Of a DNA stretch of 64,000 nucleotides, positions 16,585 to 29,963 are shown one piece after another (within the stretch, counting starts at the first letter, position 1; the number at the start of each line of letters is the position of its first letter). The notes beneath the pieces are model-generated. The model did no database searches and was not told where the DNA came from. It saw nothing but the letters and a program-made list of their open reading frames with translations. This DNA is from the human T2T-CHM13v2.0 reference genome, Homo sapiens, in NCBI RefSeq assembly GCF_009914755.1, contig NC_060928.1. The stretch is one strand, 5' to 3'. Made by a program: the position numbers and the translations under genes.

Positions 16585-19340
16585 TATCAACAGCAACGAT
16601 ATGACATTACAAAGTGACCCGTGACATCTTTTTTAATCTTGCACACGCACTGCAGCAAGGTTAATCCTGTATGTGAAAACCTCTGAGTGACTATCTCAAA
16701 GTGTATATGTCATATAACCTGCTGAGTTTTCTGATATTGTAATACTAGATACAAGATGTCTGAATAACTCCTTACATTTATAAATTCTTATTTAATTTTA
16801 TAGCTTTAATGCGGTCCATCATTTCTAATAATGATATTGGCTACAAGAATAATGATCATATTATTTATCATATAATTTACCATTTGTAAAGCAACAAATT
16901 GCCCATTAACAATGAAATTGTAGTTACAGCATCTAAAATTATTAGAAAATTATATTAGCATGGAAATATGTTCATGATATATCACTGAGTGAAAAAAATC
17001 TGGCTACCAAATATGTAGTCTGACTCATTCTTATTTCAAATAATAAAAAATATGTGTATGTTTGAAAATATGCACATTAGTATTTGTATTTTATATATAT
17101 TATGTACATCATTATATATATATGCATACATATTTGTATATACACACAGATAGCACAGGAGAGAGACAGAGTGGGAGAGAGAAAGAGGAGGGAGGAACTA
17201 TCTCTTCCTTTTTTCTCAGCTTAATTTCAGCTACAGGAGAAAGTACACTAGAAACTAATTAACAGGAAGAGTACAAAATAATATGTTAGTTATAACTATC
17301 TTCAGGAGATGAGAACTGGGAACATGGGTGACTTTTGCTTATTTGCATTTTCTAATTATTTAATAATTATATAATTATATTATCTCTCTCTGTAATTTGT
17401 GTAGTAAAACATCAGTTTTATATCCAAATTTTTAGTCATTTATAATAAAAGGTATATTAGCATATGATTATTTTATCCTTAGCCCACAAATAAAACTCAC
17501 ACCACATTTCCTAACACTATGGGCATTTTGGAACACAGTCAATAGTGTCACCCAATAAAATAAATCTTGAATGGTTGATTTTAATACACTAAACATTACA
17601 TGAAAATATATGCTATCAAAAAGCAGACATTAATATCTTCTTAATAATTTTTAAAACATCCTAAATTTAATACCAAGAATTTTGCCTACCCGAGTTAACA
17701 TTATACAATTACATGTAATATACATATTCAAAATGGCATAATCACATGAAATTTTAAAGTAAAAATAACTCAGAGAAACTTCCAGTTTAACATTTACACA
17801 GCATTTTATTATCCTATTAGCCAGTGTAAATGCAAACTAGGAAAGTTGATATCTTTCTTTTATGTAAAAGGAAGCATATGGGTTTAAATACCTTTTTATA
17901 TAGCACTATCAAAATCGGAGTCAAGATTAAATTAGGGAAATCTAAGTTTCTTTTACTAGTTTATTCTTGGGAATGATTATAACTAACACGTAATTTCCCC
18001 TACTTTGTGAAATTCCTTTTCTTTATTGTATCTTAGTCCATGACACAGGATTTAAGAAACTTCATTATTTCCCCTCACTTTAAAGTGTAGGTACCCAAAT
18101 AGCTTTGATCTGGTGGACAGTTATGAAGGCAGCAGTGGAGGAGTAAGGAGATAAATAAGAGGACATGAATCAACTAAATTAATAATAACCACAGTTCAAA
18201 AGTTAGTGTGAAAGTTTTATCAATATCGAAATTGTGGAATGGTGAGCAGAATACAACTGGGACCCCTGATACTGAGATCTAACTCTAGATGTACCATAGT
18301 TAGTTGTATGAGATTGGACAAGTCAAAGTACTTGACAATCAGTTTCTTCAACTTAGAAATAAAACAGTTTAGGCCAGGTTTATTAAAGTATTAAAACCCC
18401 TTTCAGAGGCATAGTTCTATAACTCTAAGGAACATAAGACTGTGGATACCTATCTACTGTCAGGTACTGCTTTGGCAGCAGTGAAAATATCAGTTTCAAT
18501 ATAACTTTAAACAATAAATGGACTAACACTTTTGAAGTATGAAGCAAATACAAACCACTGGAATATTTTTATCCCATAAATCGTTACTTTCTTTCATTAA
18601 GAAAACTTTAACCTCTTGATCTAAAATGCCATATTGCATCTTTTAAGTTAAATAGCATTACCACTTTCTTCATTATTATGAAATTTAAATTCTGTATACT
18701 ACTTTATTATTTAGTATTAATATTTAAATTTATCCACAAATGTGCTTTCTAAGGAAACTTGTTTTAAGTAATGTTTTAAAATATTCATAAAATTTGTTTT
18801 CTTTACTTTGAGATCTCTGCATTCTTTAAGTGATCAACGCAATTTATAAAACCGGAACTTTTATATGAAAGTCTATATACTTTTAATGTCCTTAATTTGA
18901 ATTAAACATTCCCTTATAATACAAATTAATGTAAACCTAATGAGTAAATATCTATATTGACATGACATACTTCCTAAGGAAATATGGGAAAATCATACCT
19001 TTTAAATAGGTAAATGTATATTCAAGAGAATATTACCAAGCTTGATTCTCTCCCTTGGATCTTAGGAAGTAAACAACAGTACTGTATTTTCACCCACCTC
19101 CCCGAACTCAGCTTTATTTGTGCTAGAAGAGGTGATTTTATTCAACTAGTTAATTTCAGTGCAGGTTGCTGTAAACAGGAAATAATATGTTATTTATCAT
19201 AGTAAGACAAAAAAAATTTGAAGTGAATGACTTGTTGGGTCTATGCAAACACCTCATCCTACCTCAGAAGCAATCCTAAGAAATTAATACTTACTTAGCT
19301 TTCTTTTTAGGAAGGCCCTAATACAAGGCATCTTTCTGTT

Positions 19341-19372
<32 letters not shown>

Positions 19373-20399
19373 TGAGTGTTACAGCCTGGACTGGCCAGCA
19401 AGACAGAAATTTCTTCTTCCTAAAAATGTGTAATGTCAAATAACCATTATCAACCCTATCTATGTTAATGTTCGCACACTCATGAATGGGGAAATGTAGG
19501 GCTCATGGTAATAAATCAATAATGACAACAATGAACATTTAAGTCCTTATTATGTGTCAAATAGTTTACATTAATTAACTCGGTTCTCACAACAACCTAA
19601 GAAGTAATAATGGTTAGCCACTAAATATGATAATGTAGAAGAAAATAATGGAAAGTAAATAAATAATGTGAAATCTATAAGATACACATCCATGATCTCA
19701 CATCCCCAAAAGTAGCTGTACCTTTTTCAGTTTTTTTCCTTTTACTTCCCTGGAATTTGTAAATATCTTTTCAGCTCTAAACAGCTAATACAATAAACAC
19801 TTTTAATCTATTTTGGCAGGCACTGTTTTTGGTACTATGGGGGACACAGGAATGAGTAAGAGAGGTCCTAAATTCCATGCTGATACTACATATTGCTGAT
19901 AATCAGATCAATTTCATAAAGTATTACAGTTCTGGCCATATAGAAAGGGTTCTAGTTTTATCTATGAAATTTCTCTTAATTGTCTATAGCACTGATACAA
20001 TCTTACAAAGCTGCCTATGACATCTTATCTTGCACATGCACTGCAGCAAGAAGGCTGATGCTCAGTATGTGGAACGTCTGGAGTGATCATCTCAAAGCCT
20101 TTGTCACATAACTTGCTGAGTTTTCTGATATTCTGATAGTAGTTATAAGATGCCTGAGTAACTCATGAAATCTTATGGATTTTTATCTCACTTTATAGAT
20201 TTAATGACCTCCACCATCTCTAAGAACAAGCAGCTATTTCTGTAGAGAAAGATCATCTTTGGATAACAATACATGATTTTAGGCTCTAAAAGTTAAAACG
20301 TGTTTGTAACGTTGATATTATGCAGAGGTCTTGACAGAACTTGGCAGTCTCTGAGGCTACAGAGAAGTGTGAAAAAGAGCATAGAGATTTCAGAAGGAG

Positions 20400-20610
20400 G
20401 CAGATTCAGTCAGACGTACTGAATCCCGTTTGATCTCAACTCAGGCACACTCCAGATGGACGGTAAGTTACTTGGTTTATCTGAGCGCCAGTATTTTTAT
20501 ATGTAAGATGAAGCCGGTAACACCTACCCTGAAAAGTTGTTGTAAAGATGTTAAATACATTTGTAAAGGTCCAGTAGAGATTATATATTAGATGCTCAAT
20601 AAATAGGAAC
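20400..20610 (+). mobile_element. MIR within the MAP9 3'UTR
   Basis: ggtaagttacttggtttatctgagcgccagt...tgtaagatgaag...tagatgctcaataaata. Confidence 0.55.
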
Positions 20611-21684
20611 TATATATTCTCATCCATCATCTCCTCATTGCACAACTGACTAATGCATTTCAGCTCCGTGAGCATACACTTGGTCTGTCTTAAACCAGAT
20701 GACCAGGTCAAGTATGAGACCAGTTACTACGAGGACATGCAGAGATCAAATAAATAAATAAATAAAGGCTTTGTGGACATTGTCAACATATTTACCTTCC
20801 CATACAGCTGTCTGCTGAATATAAGCTATAAAACAGGACTAGCTAAGATGACAATAATTGCCTAAATCACCTTTATGGCTTTAGTCAGGAAAATAATTAT
20901 AGTGATAATGACCTTGAACTCCTGTGGAATTTCCATAACTAATACATAAGTATATCACTACTGTGACATTGATGTCTTTTGGTATCACTGAAATAATAAA
21001 GTGAGATAGAATTCAGAAAGAAAAATTTCAGAGGTGGACTCATTATAAAGTACCTATGATTATCACATAAGCCTGGAACAGATAAAGTACACTCATATTA
21101 AAACATAAGGCAAAATTCTTAAATAAAAAGCCTTGATGATTAGAGTTCTACTGAGCTACTGCCTCAACTGATGAAAATTCTAACTAGCACAGTACAAATG
21201 CAACTGCTTTGAGCTAAACATCAGTTTCAGAAGGAATAATATATGCGCACTTCCCAGCGACCCTTCATTTAAAAACCTGAATCTAGATTCACAATCATCC
21301 ACAAAAGGAATAATTTCTATCATTATGGTACCTAGATGATTTCCTTTTTATTACTGGAATTAAATATACTTAAATAACATACAGAGCTTAATGAAAAAGA
21401 TCATGAATCACTCCACCATAAGAATTATCAGGACATGATAAAATCTTATGTATCTTAATGGTAAAAACAATCTGATTATTAGGTCTTTGTTTGAGGCAGT
21501 TTATCTACAGTTCAAAAAAATGCTTTCACTGATTACATTCCAAAGTATTTCTTTCATTGTCAGCAGGAGTGTCTGGCATTTAATTAAAATATATTCCTCT
21601 AACTATAAATAATTGAATGGTTTTAAATCTATGGCTAATATTGGCAAACCGATAAATAACCAAATAATGTAAGAACTAGAATTA

Positions 21685-21807
21685 TCAAAACACTTTTGCG
21701 AACACAGTTCTGCTTGGAGGGCTCCACGGAGGAAGTGCCTCACTTTCAAGAAAGGAATGACGTTTCTTCTGTTTTCGTTCAATTCTTTCTTGTTTTTCCT
21801 TATTTTC
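21685..21807 (-). CDS. MAP9: MAP9 exon 14 coding part (ENKEKQERIERKQKKRHSFLESEALPPWSPPSRTVFAKVF*)
   Basis: tctctttag|GAA; TGA at 21687-21685, immediately followed by TAA. Confidence 0.96.
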   Translation of the reverse strand, partial: ENKEKQERIERKQKKRHSFLESEALPPWSPPSRTVFAKVF

Positions 21808-21955
21808 CTAAAGAGAAAATAGAACACTATAAATTTATGTACATATATGATTATTATTTTCAAATCAGGTTGCTTGCTGAAGAACAAAATAATCCATTAT
21901 AGGATATTTATATATCACTTCCTAGTTTAACAGATCATAAAGAAATAACAGGTAG

Positions 21956-22378
<423 letters not shown>

Positions 22379-22829
22379 CTATAATTATAACTCAAATATA
22401 GTAACTGTTATAAGTTGGTGGTGACTTCGTGAGAACAAATTCTCAGAAGTAAGTTTACTGGGTGCAAAGTTTCAATATGTCATGACAGTATGAGATACTT
22501 CAAATTTTTTACAAATAGTTAAAAATTCTGCCTCATGTTTCTTTATTATTGAACTTGAGCACATTTTCAAACATTTCTTTAGCCTTTTGTAAATTTTCTG
22601 CTCAATTATTTGGCCCATTTAAATGTATGGTATTTGCCTTTAATTTTTAGTAATTTGTGTACTTTCCTATAATAAATATTAATGATATCTTTGCATCAAA
22701 CATTTTGCCTACCTTTGTGAGTCATTTCTGATTGTTACACAATGTATACAATGTAGATGGAAACATCACACTGTATTCCATAAATATGTGCACTTTTTAT
22801 GTGTCATTTGCAAATAAAAATAATTTTTT

Positions 22830-23700
22830 AAAATCCCAACACACAGATATGGTCCCTGTCCCCCAGGGAACTTTCAAAATGGACAGAAACAAAGAAAATA
22901 AACAACAGATAATTCCAAATTGTGTGAATTTCTCTGAAACATGTTTTAAAACTATGAGAAGGAATAAAAAAGAGTATTTACTTTCAACAAAAAATGGACT
23001 CAGGGAAAGTCCCTTTGAAGTGTGACATGATGGATAAGAGAAGCCACTCGTGATAAATATCGGGGAAGAGCTTTGCTTGCAAACAGTAGTGGTGAGGGCT
23101 CTGAGAGTGGGAAAAAAAATGTGTGCTGTGGGAGGAAACAAAAATATCCATTGTGACTAAGGCTTGGCAGAAGGCAGGAGACAAGAAACGGAAGAGGGGC
23201 ACCAGGTGAGAAAAAAATGCATGAGGACTAAGATTATATGGGGCTTGGCAGGCCATGTTAACATGCAGAACTCAGGTAAAAGAATTCAACGAATGACACA
23301 GAAGCCAGGCAGAGAAGTGAGGGGAACACCAGGGAAGCATGACAGCCAAAGGAGGTGACAGCTGCAGGATGAGGAAATCAACACTGTAGAATGCTGAGAT
23401 ACTCTGAAATGGGACAGAAACACACAATAGACCGTCTAGATGCAAACCTGTAACTTTCAAAGTGTGATTTTGGTGTAGTGATGAGGACAAAGACAAAACT
23501 GAAGTGGGAAGTGAATGAAAAGGATATAAGGAACTAAGGAAGTATAAGTAAAACTTTCTAGATGTTTCACTATAAAGAAAAGCAGACAAAAGTAGGCCCA
23601 CAGACAGAGAGAAATGCAGAGTTCAGAGAGTGTATTTTTATGGAAGATTATGTATCCTGGAACATGATGGGAACAATTCAGAACAGTAGAAATAATGATG
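22830..23700. mobile_element. L2 fragments
   Basis: Purine-rich degenerate L2 motifs (atggtccctgtcccc, tcagggaaagtccctttgaagtgtgacatga, agattatatggggcttggcaggccatg). Confidence 0.5.
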
Positions 23701-24109
23701 ATTCACAGAAGTGGAATGGTAAATTTATATTTTATTGCTTGATAGGGATAGTCCTACTTCATATTATTCTCATATTATATCCCATATTTTTATTCCACAG
23801 ATGAATTTGAGAATCATTTCATTTCCCTTCATGTCCTCCCGTCAAAGAAATAACTAAGTATCTGTGCCTAATACGCAGTCTAATACGTCCAATACGCAGA
23901 TACTTAGTTATTTCTTTGACGGGAGGACATGAAGGGAAATGAAATGATTCTCAAATTCATCTGTGGAATAAAAATATGGGATATAATATTTTATAGTATA
24001 ATAATACTTGAAATATTAGTAGGATCTGGTCTTTCCATCTTACAACTTGGATTGTGACTAAGGCTTGGCAGAAGGCAGGAGACAAGAAATGGAAGAGGGG
24101 CACCAGGTG
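23150..24109 (+). repeat. 59-bp direct repeat pair (23150-23208 and 24051-24109), 1 mismatch
   Basis: attgtgactaaggcttggcagaaggcaggagacaagaaa(c/t)ggaagaggggcaccaggtg. Confidence 0.97.
23772..23989. repeat. Perfect 93-bp inverted repeat with a 32-bp spacer
   Basis: 23772-23864 is the exact reverse complement of 23897-23989 (checked base by base). Confidence 0.97.
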
Positions 24110-25529
24110 TCCCTTTATGTCTCTGCTAACACTATAAGGTTTGGTGGTTTCTTCATCTTGGTATTTTTCTCATATTCCTCAAGGAGCAGGAAAACCCTTA
24201 GTGAAACCTGCCTCTGCAGGTTGATGGCTTGGGAGGAAAGGCATTATGGAAAATGATTAGGTATGTATGCATCTTTTCATCAGTATATATATAAATGCCA
24301 CAAGAATAATATGGCAATACAGGACAAGCTTTCCATTCACATGTAACAAACAAAGTGAAGTGGGAGGTTTGTTTGTTTTTTGTCAATGTTAACACCCATA
24401 TCCTCATTCCATGTCATAAGAATGCTTGCATGTTTGTTTGCTTGCTATTTCTAATAAGGCAAAGAGGAAACTTCCTTTCAGAATTTTAATTGAGAAAAGC
24501 AAAGCTGTAATTAGATCATCTTCAATCATTTTAATATTTTAGAGACAGACCATCTAGCTAGGCGGAAGAAAAGCAGTGACCAGACTGTGTCCACAGAAAT
24601 TGACTGAATAAATCTCTTTTTGTAATTTCACTTAACATGGGGGGGCAGTAACTTGAAATATGCTTCATCTTACTAGCAGGGAGCTGTAAAGCCAGGGTAG
24701 CAAATAGACAATTATATTAACTGTAATATCAGTTCAAAAGAATCAATAGTCACCTTGATAGTAATTAAAAGAACCTTGTTAAAAAGTCCTTCAGACATTT
24801 ATTTGTGGAAAACTGAGCTTTTTGCTTATTTTCTTACTAAAGGTAATGATGAATTAATCTGGTAATTGGCAAGAAAAATATTTTAGTCTTACCTGATCTT
24901 TGGCTATTAACTTTCCCCTAAAGCAATTACCCACCAAATGCTTACTGTTCAAACTAGTTTGTATATAAAAAGCTTGAGATGTTGTTTTCCATGAAAACTG
25001 AAGTCATTAGACTCCTATACAGGGGCAATTTTTCTATTCTATCTGCAAACAAATTTCAATAAGAATTTGGTAAGAAGGAGAACCGATCTGTAACATGTAT
25101 GTTTATGTGTTTATAGGTGTACTATATTTGCAGACATTTTACTAGATATCAAACATGTTATTTTGTCTTTGGTCTTTGAGGAATTCTTGTTCTTCAGAGG
25201 ACTGATAAGAATGACAATGTAATTAAGTGCTATAATTAAAAACAGTATACCTAAATGTGACTTATTAAAGAAATTCTATTCCATTTTCATGAAGATATGG
25301 AATTAAAATGGAAAACTCAAATGTTTACATTTAATTTCCCTAATTGATACTAGCAGTCAGTGTACATCTTCTTAATATAAGTGGACTTTAAATTTTTTTT
25401 TAGAACATAGCATTATTTAACAGATTAACTTAAGGAAATCATCATGAAACACTACCTTTTTCATTCAAAATTGAACCAATTTTGATTACCTTATTTTATT
25501 ACTATTTCTCTGCATCGAATTAGCATATA

Positions 25530-26600
25530 GCAGTACTAAACTCAACACACAGAGTAAATCCTGTTGGCTTTTGTTAAGATTGCATTAAATGACTTCAGGG
25601 AGAGCTGACATCCTTATAACATCATTATAAGGTTAAGTGTGTTTCTGTGCATGGGCAATTCTGATCCATTTTCTCAAGTCTTCATTTGTGTTGTTCAGGA
25701 GAGTTCTACAATTTTCTTTATGTTGGTCTGGCATGTTTCTTAAGTTTATTATTGTTTTATCTTTTTATCCTATCTTTAAATCGCTCATTTTGGTCCCATG
25801 TACCTTTCTAACTACTGCTGATTCTTAAGTTTATGGAAAAAATAAATAAACAAGACTGGTCAGAAAGACTGTGAAAGAAGAACTATAAAGGGAGATGAAT
25901 CCAAGCAGATATTTAGACATATCAAGCCTAATAATGGAAGTGTGGCACTGGAATCACGAGACTGACCAATGGAACAGAAAGTTAAGAAACAGACCCGAAA
26001 ACATGAGAAGGTATCATATAACAGAAGTAGCACCTCAAATCAATGGGTAAAAATGGGCTACTTTATAAAGGATACATTTGGAAAAACTAAAGTTGAAATC
26101 ATATTTCCCACCATGTATCAGGGCAAATTCCAAGCAGAACAAATGTTAAAACATTAAGATATTAAAGTCACAAAGTTGTTAGAAGAAAAATAAGATAATT
26201 CTGTTTAATCTCAAATTGTGTAGGTCTTTTCAACTATGCTTGAAAATCAAAAGCCAAAAAAAAAAAACAGAAATCTGACACCTAAAATTTAAATTCTTCA
26301 TGGCATGAGATACTATAAGGAAAGCCGGGAAACCAACAATATAGTGGGGGTAAATATTTGCAACCCATATAAAAAATGATAGGCTAATTTCCCCAGTACA
26401 AAACAAAAGATTCTAGAAACCAGTAAGGAAAAAAAACCAACAATCTAATAGAAAAGTGTGCAAAGTCTATGAAATGACAATTTACAGAGAAAATAATAGA
26501 TAAATGGCCTGTATACAAATGAAAAGATATTCAAGCTCAATTCTAACCAGAGAAATGCAAATCAAAAACAACCTGGATGATTTAGTTGATTGGTATGAGT
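25530..26600. mobile_element. Old L1M ORF2 fragments in both orientations
   Basis: gaccaatggaacaga..., atcaatgggtaaaaatggg..., gagaaatgcaaatcaaaaac. Confidence 0.65.
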
Positions 26601-27398
26601 TGTTTTAAAGTTTGATAGGAAACCTGACTGGATAGACTTCTAGTGCAAAAATACTATAATTTTGGTTGCTGAATCATATGAATATGTTAACTATTCATAT
26701 GAATGTGTTACCTACTTATGTAAAGTATTTATTCATAGTAATGTATTACTTATATAAACATGGACAAAATGCATATTTATATTGATATTCTAAAATGGAA
26801 AATAATATTTTGCTTGACATCAACAAAAAGTAACTTTTATAAAGATAAGTAAAGTGAAATCAAATATATACACATATCTGGTTCAGCTAGCTATTGCTCC
26901 TCCTAAACCTCAAACCTGCTCTCTTTCATTAAAAATTCCTAAATAAGAGATTCTCCTTGAGGTCATCAGAAACATCAAAAGAGAATAAAAGATGGAATAA
27001 TTTTCTCACTATTAAGTTCAGTGTTACTTTTTGTCATGACCAAGTTCCACCACGTAGTACCCTCAATAGTAAACTTGTCTTCTTTCTATGTTAGATGTGA
27101 GAATCACAGCAAAGGAAGAATGGGCATGAATAGTAAATGGTAAATGTGGGGATGCAGGTAAGGAAGAAGATTATAACAAGTTTTCAGCCTGGGTGTTTGA
27201 GGGAATAGTAGAAACATTAATAGAAATGACTAAGTCAAAGAAAATATGCTATATGCAGGAGGAGAGCTTGAATTCAACAAAGCAGATTCCAGGTAGAAAT
27301 GATCAGTAGGTCTGGAGCAAATAGAATTAGAATTAGGGACAGAAAAGACACAAAAGGTACATGAAAAAGACGAAAGTGCATTGACAAATAATACCTAC

Positions 27399-27531
27399 CA
27401 GCCATTTTTCATATTCATTAATAGCTTGTTTATCTTTATCTTTTTTCTCAGCTCTTTTCAGTTCTTCCTTTCTTTTCTCATTTATTTTTTCTTTTTCCTT
27501 TTGCTTGAAAAAAGCTTCCTTTTTTTCATTC
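27399..27531 (-). CDS. MAP9: MAP9 exon 13 (NEKKEAFFKQKEKEK...EYEKWL)
   Basis: Within ORF 27333-27626; ctctatag|G ... CTG|GTAGGT; 133 nt. Confidence 0.95.
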
Positions 27532-27714
27532 CTATAGAGCATAGTATAAAACACTGGAGAGTTAAAGGAAAATACATAATAAAGATTCCCTAGTACATCT
27601 TTGACAGTAATGAAATTGAAATGCATTACTAAATTTCAAGTAAATAAATTTTATAAAATCCTGAAGTGTTACTATAATTTAAAATATATCAAAATATTTA
27701 TGATTTTGGATTAC

Positions 27715-27860
27715 CATTTCTCAACAGCAGTTAAATTATCTTTCTTTTTCTCGGCAACAGTTTCCTCCTCTTTCTGTTTCTTTGCTCTTTCATATTCTCT
27801 CTCCTTTCTATTTTTCTCTTTAAGATATTCCATCTTTTTCTCTTTCCATTTTTCAAAAGC
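27715..27860 (-). CDS. MAP9: MAP9 exon 12 (AFEKWKEKK...TAVEKW)
   Basis: ctttttcag|GCT ... ATG|GTAATC; 146 nt. Confidence 0.95.
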
Positions 27861-27981
27861 CTGAAAAAGTTCAGAATAATTTTCTTACTGTGAATATTTG
27901 AAAATAAATAAAAATATGGTTAATCATTAATTTGGATTTCAAATGTTTTAAAATAATTAAGATGTGCAAAGTTCTGAATAC

Positions 27982-28143
27982 TTGTAGTGCTTCTCCTTTT
28001 CTTGCAGCATTTTCTTCTTCAGTTTTCTTCTTGTTTTTTTCTTCAAGCCTCTTTTTGGCAGCTATTTTCTTTGCTTCCTTTTCTTTCATAGCCTTCCAGG
28101 CCTCAAATGATGCTAATGCTTCTTCTCTTTTAGCAGCTTTTTT
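27982..28143 (-). CDS. MAP9: MAP9 exon 11 (KKAAKREEALASFEAWK...GEALQ)
   Basis: Overlaps ORF 27871-28089; ccactgtag|AAA ... CAA|GTATTC; 162 nt. Confidence 0.95.
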
Positions 28144-28922
28144 CTACAGTGGAAAAAATAATAGAGTGATATACATATATATGTATATATACATAGACAC
28201 AAATATGGCTAGATATAAATATACACATATACATTTATCTTTAGTCCTCTGATATTCATTATACTTAGAAATTAACTTTCAAAGTAGGTAATTTATTTAG
28301 AATGGCTTAGATAATTTACAAAGAATGTTATCTGAATTATTCATTGGTTTTAAAACGTCCTTTTCTAAAAACATTTATCACATATTGACCTATTAATGAG
28401 AAAGATGTCAACTATTATTTTTGAAAGTGTACTAAACAAATTATATCAAAATAAACTGTAATAGGCTAAGTGGTATAGTAAAATTTTCATAATAAAATAT
28501 TTGAAAAAAAAATCAGTAAAGTTATGGGCTTATAAAGTAAGTTAGAGTAAGGCAAATTGGCCAAGCCATGCAGTAAGATGCAGATTTTTGGTTTAAATCT
28601 TAATTTTGAATAGTATCAAAACATAAAGTTCTTACTGCACAAATGTATTCCAAATGTTGAAAGTATGTGCTCGACTGAAAAATAGGTTGGAGACTGTATA
28701 GCAAGTTATGTTATTATTTTACTTCCTTCAATCTAATCCCATAATATTCTATGTTTGCTTTATTGTTCAATATTAAATGACATAAAACCTTAATATTGGG
28801 GTAACATAATTTAGAGGTCAAAGTACTATCTACCTCACAGAGCTACGAAAATCAAATGAGAAGGGGTATGGCACTGACCACAGCAGCATACTGCTATGAA
28901 CGTGGTTAACAGATAGACAGGC

Positions 28923-28939
28923 ACGCCCCCTGGAGGGCT
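28923..28939 (-). promoter_or_regulatory. CTCF-like motif in MAP9 intron 10
   Basis: Minus strand reads AGCCCTCCAGGGGGCGT, close to the CTCF core consensus, in a small GC-rich patch. Confidence 0.5.
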
Positions 28940-29244
28940 GCTCCCTTCACTACTGACGCATTATCGTGCAGTTCACCTTGGAAAATATTTTTCTTCTAAA
29001 TCTATTTTTAGTATTGAACAGCACACTGGAGTTTTTGTCCAGAAGTTTGACTTTAGAAGATAAGAAATAACTGAGCGTATTACAAGCAGGAGTTAGAGGA
29101 AGAGACTCAGTACAGAAGAGACAGGAACAAAAGTTCACCTCCATTCAATGGGAAAGGATACAGATCAAGAGTTCAGGTAGGGGTTGGACTTGAAGATACT
29201 TATAAAATTCAAGAGAGAAAAGAGGAAAATTGAAGGCTAACTAG

Positions 29245-29568
<324 letters not shown>

Positions 29569-29873
29569 TCTTGGTTAAGTTCTAAATGAAATCAACTTTT
29601 AAAAGTGAATTAGGTGCTCATAAACAATAATAACTTCATAATCAGCAGGAACAAAGCTATCCTATACATATACAAAATTAAAATCTGTTTTCATGTAAAA
29701 CAGTTATATCAAACTAAAATGTATAAAGTAAAACAGAAGTAAAACCGGAAATCATTTCTTTAATATACAAGTTATTTTGCCATTTAAAAAGCTGATTTAG
29801 AAAAGTTATATATTCAGGGATATTTTACTGAAATAAAAATCCAAAACATTTTTACTTCTATATGTCAGAATAC

Positions 29874-29963
29874 CTGTTCATTTTGGATCCTTAAGTTTTC
29901 ACTTTCAATTCTTTTTATTCTGTGCATTTCATGTAAATACACATTTTTCTTTTCTAACCACTC
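29874..29963 (-). CDS. MAP9: MAP9 exon 10 (EWLEKKNVYLHEMHRIKRIESENLRIQNEQ)
   Basis: ttcttatag|GAG ... CAG|GTATTC; 90 nt, symmetric phase 0. Confidence 0.94.

Larger units (their letters stand above)
16560..21684 (-). other. MAP9: MAP9 long 3'UTR (~5.1 kb)
   Basis: Follows the stop codon; nearly free of young repeats. AATAAA (plus-strand tttatt) at 16579-16584 and 16561-16566, just before an L1 fragment. End point inferred; MAP9 is known to have a long mRNA. Confidence 0.65.

Noticed and set aside
23772-23989. Pre-miRNA or MITE call for the hairpin
   Set aside because: The stem is perfect and longer than a typical pre-miRNA, with no TSD or recognisable TIR family; reported as a rearrangement instead
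27381-28252. Plus-strand F/L/S-rich ORFs
   Set aside because: Antisense shadows of the K/E-rich MAP9 exons 11-13
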